Assembly: GCF_006345805.1 (NCBI RefSeq)
Contig: NC_043007.1
Coordinates: 71,734,001 to 71,798,000 of the forward strand
Source: Octopus sinensis
Taxonomy: Eukaryota
Reading direction: 5' to 3'
Length of the DNA stretch: 64,000 nt
Made by a program: the position numbers and the translations under genes. Positions 14,521 to 24,723 of this stretch are shown in pieces. A model generated the notes under the pieces. The model did not search any database and was not told where the DNA came from. It saw only the letters and a program-made list of their open reading frames with translations. Every line of letters starts with the position of its first letter. Positions within the stretch are counted from its first letter, which is position 1.

Positions 14521-14905
14521 AGGTGTAGGAGTGGCTGTGTGGTAAGTAGCTTGCTTATGAACCACAGGTTCAGTCCCACTGCGTGGCACCTTGGGCAAGT
14601 GTCTTCTACTATAGCTTTGGGCTGACCAAAGCCATGTGTGTGGATTTGGTAGACAGAAACTGAAAGAAGCCCGTCGTTTGTGTGTGTGTGTATATGTTTG
14701 TGTGTCTGTGTTTGTACCCCCAACATCACTTGACAACCGATGCTAGTGTGTTTACATCCCCGTAATTTAGCGGTTCGGCAAAAGAGTGATAGAATAAGTA
14801 CTAGGCTTAGAAATAATAAGTCCTGGGATCGATTTGCTCGACTAAAGGCGGTGCTCCAGCATGGCCACAGTCAAAAGACTGAAACAAGTAAAAGAGTAAA
14901 AGAGT
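14521..14905 (+). mobile_element. SINE family A
   Basis: Full head, core and tail. Confidence 0.85.
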
Positions 14906-15065
14906 ATAGTTATCATCTGTCATCGGCATTCTGTTATCATTCTTTATTTGCCATATAAAGTAATAAAATGGAACCTATAGCAGAAGTGCTACATGTGAGC
15001 AGAGAGAGAATCAAATTCAACACTTTAATATACTGATTTTCTGTCAATATTAGTCTAAAGAGAAG

Positions 15066-15500
15066 GCAATGAATTGGCAGAATTGTTAGCATTCTAGGCA
15101 AAATGCTTAGTGACATTTTATTATTCTTTCCACCAAGGTCAGCTTTGTCTTTCCCCCTTTTGGGGCTGATAAAAATAAGTAGCAGTTGAGTACTGAGGTT
15201 GGTGCAATCAACTTACCCCCCACCACAAAGCTGCTGGCCTTGTGCCAAAATTTGAAATCAATATCAGTTGAAAAATGAAGGTAGCAAACTTGCAGAATTG
15301 TTGGCATGCCAAGCAAAATACTCATCAGGATTTCGTCTGTCTTTATGTTCTGAGTTAAAATTTCGCTGAGGTCAACTTTACCTTTCATACTTTGAGTGCC
15401 GATAAAATAAGTAACAGTTAAGCACGAGGGTTGATGCAATCAACACACTTTACCTCCTGAACTAGCTGGCTATGTGCCAAAACTTAAAACCAATATTAGT
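15066..15500 (+). mobile_element. SINE family B, two adjacent copies (other copies near 14120-14310, 17085-17700, 36390-36510, and on the minus strand near 22220-22340 and 60290-60390)
   Basis: Shared GAGCTGGCAGAATCGTTAGCA...TTCTGAGTTCAAATT...CTTTCATCCTTTCGGGGTCGATAAA body. Confidence 0.75.
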
Positions 15501-15699
15501 CCAGAGTAGACTAATTCTCTATTTAGCTTTCCATTTTCATTTAAATCAGTTAACATCAATCATACAGGACTTTTGTAAAAAAGAGAAAAACATAAAATTG
15601 AATTATGTGAGGTTCCCTTTCCTTCATCCCATTATATTTGAAATAAATGTTTCGGTTACTTTTGGCTGGCAGAACTCACTGACATTTACAAAGAACTCT

Positions 15700-16140
15700 C
15701 ATCATCATCATCATCATCATTTAACGTCCGCTTTCCATGCTAGCATGGGTTGGACGATTTGACTGAGGACTGGCAAGCCAGATGGCTGCACCAGGCTCCA
15801 ATCTTGATCTGGCAGAGTTTCTACAGCTGGATGCCCTTCCTAATGCCAACCACTCCTAGAGTGTAGTGGGTGCTTTTACATGCCACCAGCACGAGGGCCA
15901 GTCTGGCGGTACTGGCAATGGCCATGGTTGAAATGGTGTGTTTTACGTGCCACCTGACTTTGCTTGAATGTTTTGTTCATGTGCCAGTAAGGCGACGCTG
16001 GTAATGATCACGCTCAAATGGTGCTTTTTACGTGCCACCGGCACAGAAGCCAGACAGCTGCTCTGGCAGTGATCCTACTTGGATGGAGTTGTTAGCGCTC
16101 CACTGGCATGGGTGCCAGTCATCGAATTTGGTTCAATTTC
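15700..16140 (-). mobile_element. (GAT)n-tailed retroposon 3' end
   Basis: Reverse complement of 18430-18825: ...CCAACCCATGCTAGCATGGAAAGCGGACGTTAAATGATGATG. Confidence 0.75.
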
Positions 16141-16224
16141 GATAATTTGAAATTCTAATGAGAGACAGTTTACTTTTACTTGTCTCAGAAAACCCCTTTA
16201 AAACCCTTTTAAAATAAAGTCTAT

Positions 16225-16545
16225 GAGAGATAAAACCTGGTACTCTGTCAGTTATGATGATGAGGGTTCCAGTTGATCCTATCAACAGAACGGTCTGCTC
16301 ATGAAATTAACAAGCAAATAGCTGAGCACTCCACAGACACATACCTTTAGCATATTTCTCAGGGAGATTCTTTGTGACACAGAATGTGACAAGGCTCTCC
16401 CTTTGAACAACAGATAAAATTCATTTTTGTTAACTGAGCAATGTGAAATAGAGTGTCTTGTTCAAGGACACAACATGCCACTGGGAATCGAATTCACACC
16501 AAATAACTAACCCTAGCCCTAACCACTAAGCCCTATACCTTCACA
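16225..16545 (-). mobile_element. SINE family C, inverted copy
   Basis: Reverse complement of the head and tail seen at 18025-18345. Confidence 0.7.
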
Positions 16546-17084
16546 TAAGAGATATTATCCCAAAAAATTGAACAAGTACCATTGAGTAAAAGGGAAACCT
16601 CTGAAAAGTCTGTGCCTTGTCCTGACCAAAGTAAATTCGTTTTTTATTTTTACTGCTTAAACAACAGAATCTATACAGTTCTACTCCTTTTTGCTTAAAT
16701 TAGCTATCTTGTGATAGAACTAGAAATTTGTATTATAACAACAACAAAGGGTGAAAACTAAATGCTTTACAGCATTTAGCAGTGACTTCTCAGGTCTGAG
16801 TTCAAATATTTAAGGATCAATTTTTTTTGTCCCTCTGTAGTCAATAAAATAAAGTGCTAAAATTTCAGTTTAGTTGATAATCAAATTGCCTGCATGACTG
16901 CATAACAAATCAATATAGAAATAACAAAAGCAAATACACTCTCTTGAAGTAATGGTTTATTTCCCAGTTAAGTAAAAGAACATAGTTCAATTGCTGTTAT
17001 GGGGTTTGTTACTCTTAAACTAATCATTTGCTAGAAACAGAAGAATTTCAAACAATATGTCTTTTAAGATCTATGTACATTGAA

Positions 17085-17700
17085 AGGCGTTGAACTGGCA
17101 GAAATGTATGCTTAGCGGTATTTTGCCTGCCGTTACATTCTGAGTTCAAATTCTGCCTTTCATCCTTTCGGGGATCGATAAATTAAGTACCAGTTATGCA
17201 CTGGGGTCGATGTAATTAACTTAATCCCTTTGTCTGTCCTTGTTTGTCCCCTCTATGTTTAGCCCCTTGTGGGCAATAAAGAAATAAGAATTGTTAGCAC
17301 ATTTCATCCATCCTTACATTCTGAGATCAAATTCTACGAAGGTCGACTTTGCTTTCAGCTTTTCAGGTTTGATAAACTTATATTTAAGTACAAGTATTTT
17401 CCTGAGTTTAAACCTGTTTAGGTCAACTTTAGTTTTATCACCCACTCAATTTTGGTAAGACAAGTATCAGTTGAAGGTGGTGAGCTGGCAGAATCGTTAG
17501 CATGCTAGGCGAATGCTTAGTGGTATTTTGTCTGTCTTTACATTCTGAGTTCAAATTCTGCTGAGGTTGACTTTGCCTTTCATCCTTTCGGGGTCAATAA
17601 ATTAAGTACCTCTTGTGTACTGGAGTCAATCTAATTGACTGCACCCCCCCCCAAAAAAAAATTTCAGACCTTGTACCTAGAGTAGAAAAGACAAGAATCA
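17085..17700 (+). mobile_element. SINE family B, cluster of three copies
   Basis: Same body repeated near 17085, 17290 and 17470. Confidence 0.75.
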
Positions 17701-17798
17701 GTTGTACACTTGGGGCTAATTCAGTTGGCTGCATCTCTCTTCTATAATCTGTGATCTTGTGCCAGTATGAGAAATCAATAAAAGAAAGGAAAACTTAC

Positions 17799-17908
17799 AA
17801 GGTTTTAACACTTTCAGGGGGTCCTTGAAGCTGTCCAATCACTGTCCCACGTTTGGTATTCTGAACCCAGCCAACACAGTTGTTGTTCATGGCCATTTCT
17901 TGCAGATG
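17799..17908 (-). CDS. ACYP: Acylphosphatase, internal exon (110 nt)
   Basis: Acceptor ttttttctgatccccag and donor gtaagt. Translates HLQEMAMNNNCVGWVQNTKRGTVIGQLQGPPESVKT(L), containing the family motif GWVxNTxxGTVxGxxQG with the catalytic Asn. Confidence 0.95.
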
Positions 17909-18024
17909 CTGGGGATCAGAAAAAAAAAAACAATAGTAAAAACAAAAAAAAAAGCAGTAATAATAATAACAGGTTTTCACTTAAAATAACAAAGGAGTTA
18001 ATGAATGTATTTATCATTCCAGTG

Positions 18025-18345
18025 AAGGCACATGGCTTAATGGTTAGAGTATTCAGTTTACATTTATAAGGACATGAGTTCAAAAACCAGTGGTGCATTG
18101 TGTTCTTGAGTGACACTTTATTTCATGTTGCTCCAATCCACTCAGATGGCAAAGAGGAATAGTGCATGTAATTCAAAGGGGCAGCCTTGTCACATTCTGT
18201 GTCATGCTGAATCTCCCTGAGAATTATGTTAAGGGCACATGTGTTTGTGGAGTGTTCAGCCACTCAAACATTAATTTCATGGGCAGGCTGTTTCATTGAT
18301 TGGATCAACTGGGACTCTTATCCTTATAACCAATGGAGTACCAGT
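18025..18345 (+). mobile_element. SINE family C
   Basis: tRNA-like head GGCTTAATGGTTAGAG...GAGTTCAA and a CCTTGTCACATTCTGTGTC...GGATCAACTGG tail. A related head occurs at 11590-11890 and a tail fragment at 19250-19400. Confidence 0.72.
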
Positions 18346-18429
18346 AACATATATATATCAAAATCAAATTCGATGACTAGCATCCATGCTATTGGAGTGC
18401 TAAGAGCACCATCCAAGCATGATTGTTGC

Positions 18430-18825
18430 CAGAGCAGCTAACTGCAGGTGACACGTAAAAAACACCACTTGAGCATGATCAATACCAGCGTCGCCTTACT
18501 GGCACTTGTGTCAGTGGCACATGAAAAACATTCGATGAAGGTCGTTGCCAGTGTCACTGGACTGGCTCCTATGCAGGTGGCACATAAAAAACACCATTTG
18601 AGCATGGCCCTTGCCGGTACAGCCTGACTGACCCTCATTCCAGTGGCACATAAAAGCACCCACTACGCTCTCGGAGTGGTTGGCGTTAGGAAGGGCATCC
18701 AGCTGTAGAAACTCTGCCAGATCAAGATTGGAGCCTGGTGCAGCCATCTGGTTTGCCAGTCCTCAGTCAAATCGTCCAACCCATGCTAGCATGGAAAACG
18801 GGCGTTAAACGATGATGATGATGAT
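18430..18825 (+). mobile_element. (GAT)n-tailed retroposon 3' end
   Basis: GGAAGGGCATCCAGCTGTAGAAACTCTGCC...GTTAAACGATGATGATG, preceded by internal CAGGTGGCAC tandem blocks. Confidence 0.75.
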
Positions 18826-18844
18826 ATATGTATATATTTATATA

Positions 18845-19228
18845 TCTTTATATATAAAAGTGAAGTTGTGTGTCTGTCTCCTACGATTTAGATTCCAAAC
18901 AACTCCCACATTTTGCGGTGCAGTTTAACCAAAACCGGGTATCTTATAGTCGTGATTCATATCGAGCCCTTCTGGGTATTAGCGCGTGTCTACGATGAGT
19001 CTACGATTTAAAAAAAATTTACCATCATTTTTTCCATTTTAATGCATTTTTTCGCTATTATATAAGGGAAGTAACTCTCTAAAAATGTCTACGATTTAAA
19101 AAAAATTTACCATAATTTTTTTTCCATTTTTAATGCATTTTTTTGCTATTTTTTGGCTATAACTCTCTAAAAATGCTTATATAGTTATTTCCCTTACAAA
19201 CCCGAGCAACGCCGGGCGATACTGCTAG
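18845..19228 (+). mobile_element. Non-autonomous Helitron
   Basis: A|TC start, 3' hairpin CCCGAGCAACGCCGGG then CTAG|T, no TSD. Confidence 0.85.
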
Positions 19229-19567
19229 TATATATATATATATATATATGATCTGTCTTGTCACATTCTATGTCATGCTGAGTCTCCCCAAGAACTACAT
19301 TAAGGGTACACATGTATGTGGAGGGCTCAGCTACTTACATGTTAATTTCATGAACAAGCTGTTCCATTGATTGGATCAACTGGATACCTCATAACCAACA
19401 GAGACCCAGTAGAGTACCATTCCAGTTGTGATTGGTACAAATCCTAGGATATACAACTGCTTCTGCAGAGGAACAGGAAGAATATTCACAGGAATAGAAA
19501 TTCATATATTTCAATACATATGAACGTTAGGATTTGCAAATGTTTTCAGGGCATTCTTATATATGAA

Positions 19568-19966
19568 CTAGCAGTATCTCCCGGCGTTGCTCGGGTTTGT
19601 AAGGGAAATAACTATATAAGCATTTTTAGAGAGTTATAGCCAAAAAATAGCAAAAAAATGCATTAAAAATGGAAAAAAAATGATGGTAAATTTTTTTTTA
19701 AATCGTTGACTCATCGTAGACATTTTTAGAGAGTTACTTCCCTTATATAATATCGAAAAAATGCATTAAAATGGAAAAAAAATGATGGTAATTTTTTTTT
19801 TAAATCGTAGACTCATCGTAGACGCGCGCTAATACCCAGAAGGGCTCGATATGAATCACGACTATAAGATACCCGGTTTGGGTTAAACTGCACCGCAAAA
19901 TGTGGGAGTAGTTAGGAATCTAAATCGTAGGAGACAGACACACAACTTCACTTTTATATATAAAGA
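19568..19966 (-). mobile_element. Non-autonomous Helitron, same family, inverted
   Basis: Near-identical reverse complement of 18845-19228, with the same A|TC...CTAG|T termini. Confidence 0.85.
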
Positions 19967-20064
19967 TTTGTTAATATTGAAATGTCATATGTATGCTTTT
20001 GAAAAAAATGTACCAAATTTTTGTCGCTGTAAGAAAAAGAAACATGCAACGCAGTCTTCAATAT

Positions 20065-21037
20065 GAATGATAAAGATAATAATAACAATGACAACGACGA
20101 TGACGATGATGATGATGATGACGACGATGATGACGACGATGATGATGACAATGATGATGATGACAATGATGATGATGATAGCAATGGTGGTGGTGGTGAT
20201 GATGGTGATAATGACAACCACAACGATGATGATGATGGTGATGGTGGTGGTGGTGATATTGAAGATGATGATAATGAAGACAAAGAGAAGGAGACTGATG
20301 ATGATGATGATGATGGTGAGATGATGAGGCTGATAATGAAAATTGGAGACATTCCAGGTAAACAGTATTATTGCCTCCACACCATAAACACATAAACCCT
20401 CCCACGTAAAACGGGAAAGTAGAATATCACTGCAAGGCAATTTGAGCACAATAATTACCATAGTTATGCTCAAAAGAGGAGGAAGCAGAAGAAGAAGAAG
20501 AAGAAGAAGAAGAAGAAGAAGGGGAGAAGAAGAAGAAGAAGAAGGGGAGAAGAAGAAGAAGGGGGAGGAGAAGAAGAAGGGGGAGGAGAAGAAGAAGGGG
20601 GAGGAGAAGAAGAAGGGGGAGGAGAAGAGGAGGAGGAGGAGGGGGAGGGGGAAGAAGAGGAGGGGAGGGGGAGGAGGAGGAAGAAGAAGAAGAGGAGGAA
20701 GCGGAAGAAGAAGGGGAGGAAGAAGGGGAGGAGGATGAAGAAGAAGAAGGGGGAGGAGGATGAAGAAGAAGGAGAAGAAGGGGGAGGAGGATGAAGAAGT
20801 AGAAGAAGAAGAAGGAGAAGAAGAAGAAGAAGAAGAAGAAGAAGAAGAAGAAAACTTCTTATTCTCTCTACACTTCCCTCTTCTTTCTTTGACTCCATTA
20901 ACAACTTTACTGAATAACATCACCATTGGTAACAAATACTATTGAAAAATTATGATCCACCTCATGTATATACGTGTGCATGAGTATGTGTGTGCATATA
21001 GTTTTAGAAGACAACCATTTGATATATATATATATAT

Positions 21038-21070
<33 letters not shown>

Positions 21071-21330
21071 GTATACATACATATATATGTATATGTATAT
21101 ATATAAATTAGAAAAAACCCACATTTTATCAATTCAAAATGAAAAATTAAATTCCACATATGTATATGTATATATATGTGTGTGTGTGTCTGTGTGTGTA
21201 TGTATATCTATCTGTCTGTCTATCTATCTATCTATCTATCTGTCTGTCTGTCTGTCTGTTTATTTATTTATCAATCCACCTATCTACCTATGTATCTCTC
21301 TCTCTTTCTTTCTCTCCTTCCTTCTTTCCT

Positions 21331-21367
<37 letters not shown>

Positions 21368-21390
21368 GTCTATCTGTCTATCTGTCTGTC

Positions 21391-21455
<65 letters not shown>

Positions 21456-21705
21456 TGTAGTGTTTTTGGAATATTTACAATAGATAATTGCCAGCTAAAG
21501 TGAAATTCTACAATAACTTTATATTGGATAGATTTTAAATTACTGTCACTCTCCACTCTCGCTTCTCTGTTAAATAAACATCATGTGGCAAGAAAATGAT
21601 ATTTTTATTGCAAGCTAACAACGGACGCATCAGACAATCTTCAAACACCGAGGAATTGATTAAATCGCAACAACAACAACAACAATAATAATAATAATAA
21701 TAATG

Positions 21706-21742
<37 letters not shown>

Positions 21743-21756
21743 TAATAATAATAATA

Positions 21757-21799
<43 letters not shown>

Positions 21800-21810
21800 T
21801 GATAATAATG

Positions 21811-21853
<43 letters not shown>

Positions 21854-21866
21854 TGATGATGATAAA

Positions 21867-21922
<56 letters not shown>

Positions 21923-22005
21923 TGATAATGATGATAATAATGATAATAATAATAATGATAATAATAATAATAATAATAATACATAATAATAATAATAATA
22001 ATAAA
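20065..22005. repeat. Compound simple-repeat block: (GAT)n, (GAA/GGA)n, (TCTA)n, (TG)n, (AAT)n
   Basis: Directly visible; source of the poly-S/L/D/Y/I ORFs. Confidence 0.93.
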
Positions 22006-22405
22006 TGAAGAAAGACGTAATTCTTCGTGAAGATAAATACACAATAAGAAGACTATGATGCGCTGGGTAATAAAATACAGATTGACTTTGTTTATTGAAG
22101 TGGACAGTATTTCGACAGCTCGTTTGTCATCTTCTGGTTCGAAATGAAAAATACGCAGACATGTAGAAATTCAAAATTTCAATTGTACTTCCTGGCGTTC
22201 CATCCTAGATGAAAAGATGTAAACAAGATTCGTACTTGACAGGTATTTTATTTTATTGACCCCCCAAAGGGATGAAATATAAAGTTGACCTTGGCAGAAA
22301 TTGAACTCAGCACGTAAATAACCGAAACAAAGAAGTTCTGATAAAGTCTTTTAGAATCTGTATGAGTGAAGATTCTTAGTTTTCAATAAAAAAAAAAGAA
22401 GCCCC

Positions 22406-22823
22406 GGATCTTTTCGGTTTGAACAGCAGTTTTTTCTAGCGGTGTCATGTGAAATTGTCATCCATAATTATGACCCTAATATCGATCTATTGCATTTCAA
22501 TCTGTTTTAGGGTTAGGGTTAGGGGTGGGGGGAAGGGTATCTTTTTTCTTCACAAATGTAAATAAACCCAATCTGTTTCTTAAACGAAGGACATATTCAT
22601 ACGGCACAGAATGTTTTTTTACCTCAATAGACGTCAGTGATTGGTTGAAATTGCAGAAATCGAAGAAAAAACAACAACAAATATCTTACAAACCATAGAA
22701 TTTTCTCAGTAAAGCCAAGAGAAAAAGATGTTTTATAAACACATTCTACCAGTATACGAAGTTTAAAATTTTTTAGTTACCTAGAAATTATGTTAAAAAC
22801 TGCCGTTCAAACTGAAAAGATCC
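22406..22823. mobile_element. MITE with GG-starting TIRs and 8-bp TSD (Merlin-like)
   Basis: TIR GGATCTTTTCRGTTTGAACRGCAGTTTTT at both ends. GAAGCCCC is duplicated at 22398-22405 and 22824-22831. Confidence 0.85.
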
Positions 22824-23409
22824 GAAGCCCCAAAATTTCATAAGGAATTAGGATAAAATTAATAGTGTGATTATAGTGAGGGTTGGCTGCCACATCTCAA
22901 TGATCAACCTAGATTGGCTTCATGTTTCGTGTAGTGAAAAACGCTCAGCAGATACGGAAGCTAAAAAAGCTGGTTTTAGTGCGAAGAAGCCAGAATGAAT
23001 TCGGACCACCGGTGAATTCGGTTCTTGGAGATTTTTTTCTCTCACTAATAGCTGTCTTAACATCTACGCACTTAGCCCAGCGCGATTCTTCCTAATAGCT
23101 GTTCTCACAACGACGTACTCAACCCGATGCGAAAGATGAAGAAACATCAGTCTAAATATCGAATTACTGATGAAGATCTCCTGCACCTATAATACACAAC
23201 ATTCATATAAAAATTAACTCTACTTGTATTGCATGAACACCTTTGTATTAACGTAGCGATAAATGATGCTTACAAACTGAGAAGTCTTTCGTCATAACCA
23301 CACCACAAATGCTTCTGCTTCTATAGGCATCGTTCAAAGATGGTTCATAAATCAAAACAATTAGTACACTGAAAGTAATTGAGTAGGTCAAACGGTCAAA
23401 GCAACATAG

Positions 23410-23700
23410 AGGCAGTTGTATATGAAGTGAGGGTCGCGTCTATGGATCCCAACGGGATGGTACGGGTACAATATCTCGGAGTGAGAGAAGGCCTCTTGAA
23501 GTCGCGTGTCTTTTACGATCTATGAGAGGCGAAACGTCGCGTATATGACTTTTGAAAGAGAAGACTGCAACGTACGATATCAACAAGAGGTTTATTGAAA
23601 CATGTAGGCCTTACTCTAACAACAATTGTTGCAAATTCTGTGTGGCAGAGAAACGTATGTCCTTCAAGAAGGTAAGATAATCACACCATACTCGCAAGCA
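23410..23700 (+). mobile_element. Degenerate Penelope-like GIY-YIG endonuclease remnant
   Basis: AVVYEV...QYLGVREGLLKSR followed by ETCRPYSNNNCCKFCVAEKR, resembling the PLE endonuclease with its C-terminal PY...CxxCxxEK motif. Contains stops. Confidence 0.55.
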
Positions 23701-24450
23701 TAAATGAAAATACTCTGAAAGGTATTGGTCAACCAGCTAACTAACTGGTGACGTTTTCACAAGAAACTTACCCTTTCTACGTATCCAGACAATTCTATTT
23801 CTATTTCTCCTTGTCACTCTATTTCTGTCTCTCTCTACTTCTTTCTCTCTCATCATTCCCTCTATCGTTTTTCAACTTCTCGTTCCGTCCGCCTCTGTAT
23901 ATACGAAGGGTCTTCATTAAAGATTTCCCCTGACCCACTTCTGGTTATTGCAGGAAACGGAACATGTACACTTAGTGTCATAATTGTCTCAACATGTCAC
24001 ATTGTGATTTGCAGCTTTCCACTAGTATTCGTTTGTCTTTTACGGCTGCTGAAGTGGACAAAGGTGTTATAATGGGGGTAGTTGAATGCAGATCAGTGAT
24101 CAAGTTCGTATACTTGAAAAGTCGTACACCAAAAGAGACTTTCGATGGGATAAAAGAAGTAGTCAAGCACTAGCATCGCTAGTTCAGATGTGGTTGGACA
24201 TCGATAGAAACTGCTCCTATTCCTGGACGATTACGTTCCGCCATTGATGACGACACCATCCATAAAGTAGAAGCCGCCATTTTGGAGGATCGCCACATAA
24301 CTATTCGGCAACTAGACCTAGAAGTGAAGATAAGTGTAGGGTCCGTGGAAAAAATCATTCATGACCGTTTTCACATGCGGAAAGTGTATGCTCGATGGAT
24401 TCTCCGGATGCTCATAGCTTTTCAGAAGCAGGAACGTGTCAATTGCTACC

Positions 24451-24689
24451 TGTTGTTGTTATATATATATAATGTATTGAGTATTAAAGGAAGTAGTGAG
24501 TACTTAGTATGAAAGATTAAGAAAATGAGAGAGACTAAAACAACGTGTTAACGATACAAGATACTTTATACGACTGCCGTTGTTGTACAAGTTAATTGTT
24601 TTTGGCGGGAAACAAAGTGAAAGTCCTTTTATCAAGGGAGACAATGGGCGACGTTGATTGTTCATGTTTGTTGTGATGATTATATAACA
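24451..24689 (-). repeat. 3' LTR of the Gypsy element
   Basis: TG...CA termini, adjacent polypurine tract, matches 28740-28978. Confidence 0.97.
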
Positions 24690-24723
24690 TCTTCCTTTTT
24701 TTTTTTTTAAATTTTTTTTTATA

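Noticed and set aside
19985-20032. Minus-strand acceptor followed by DKNLVHFFQKHT, resembling FFRKHT
   Set aside because: No donor after the Lys and no catalytic Arg; the true motif is at 55247-55263.
21495-21556. VESDSNLKSIQYKVIVE, resembling the ACYP N-terminus LKSVDYEV
   Set aside because: No ATG, no GxVQG and no suitable donor, and it lies downstream of the GVLFRK microexon, so the order is wrong.
19954-22044. Long poly-S/L/D/E/Y/I ORFs, including the 316-aa one
   Set aside because: Trinucleotide and purine microsatellites that lack stops by composition.
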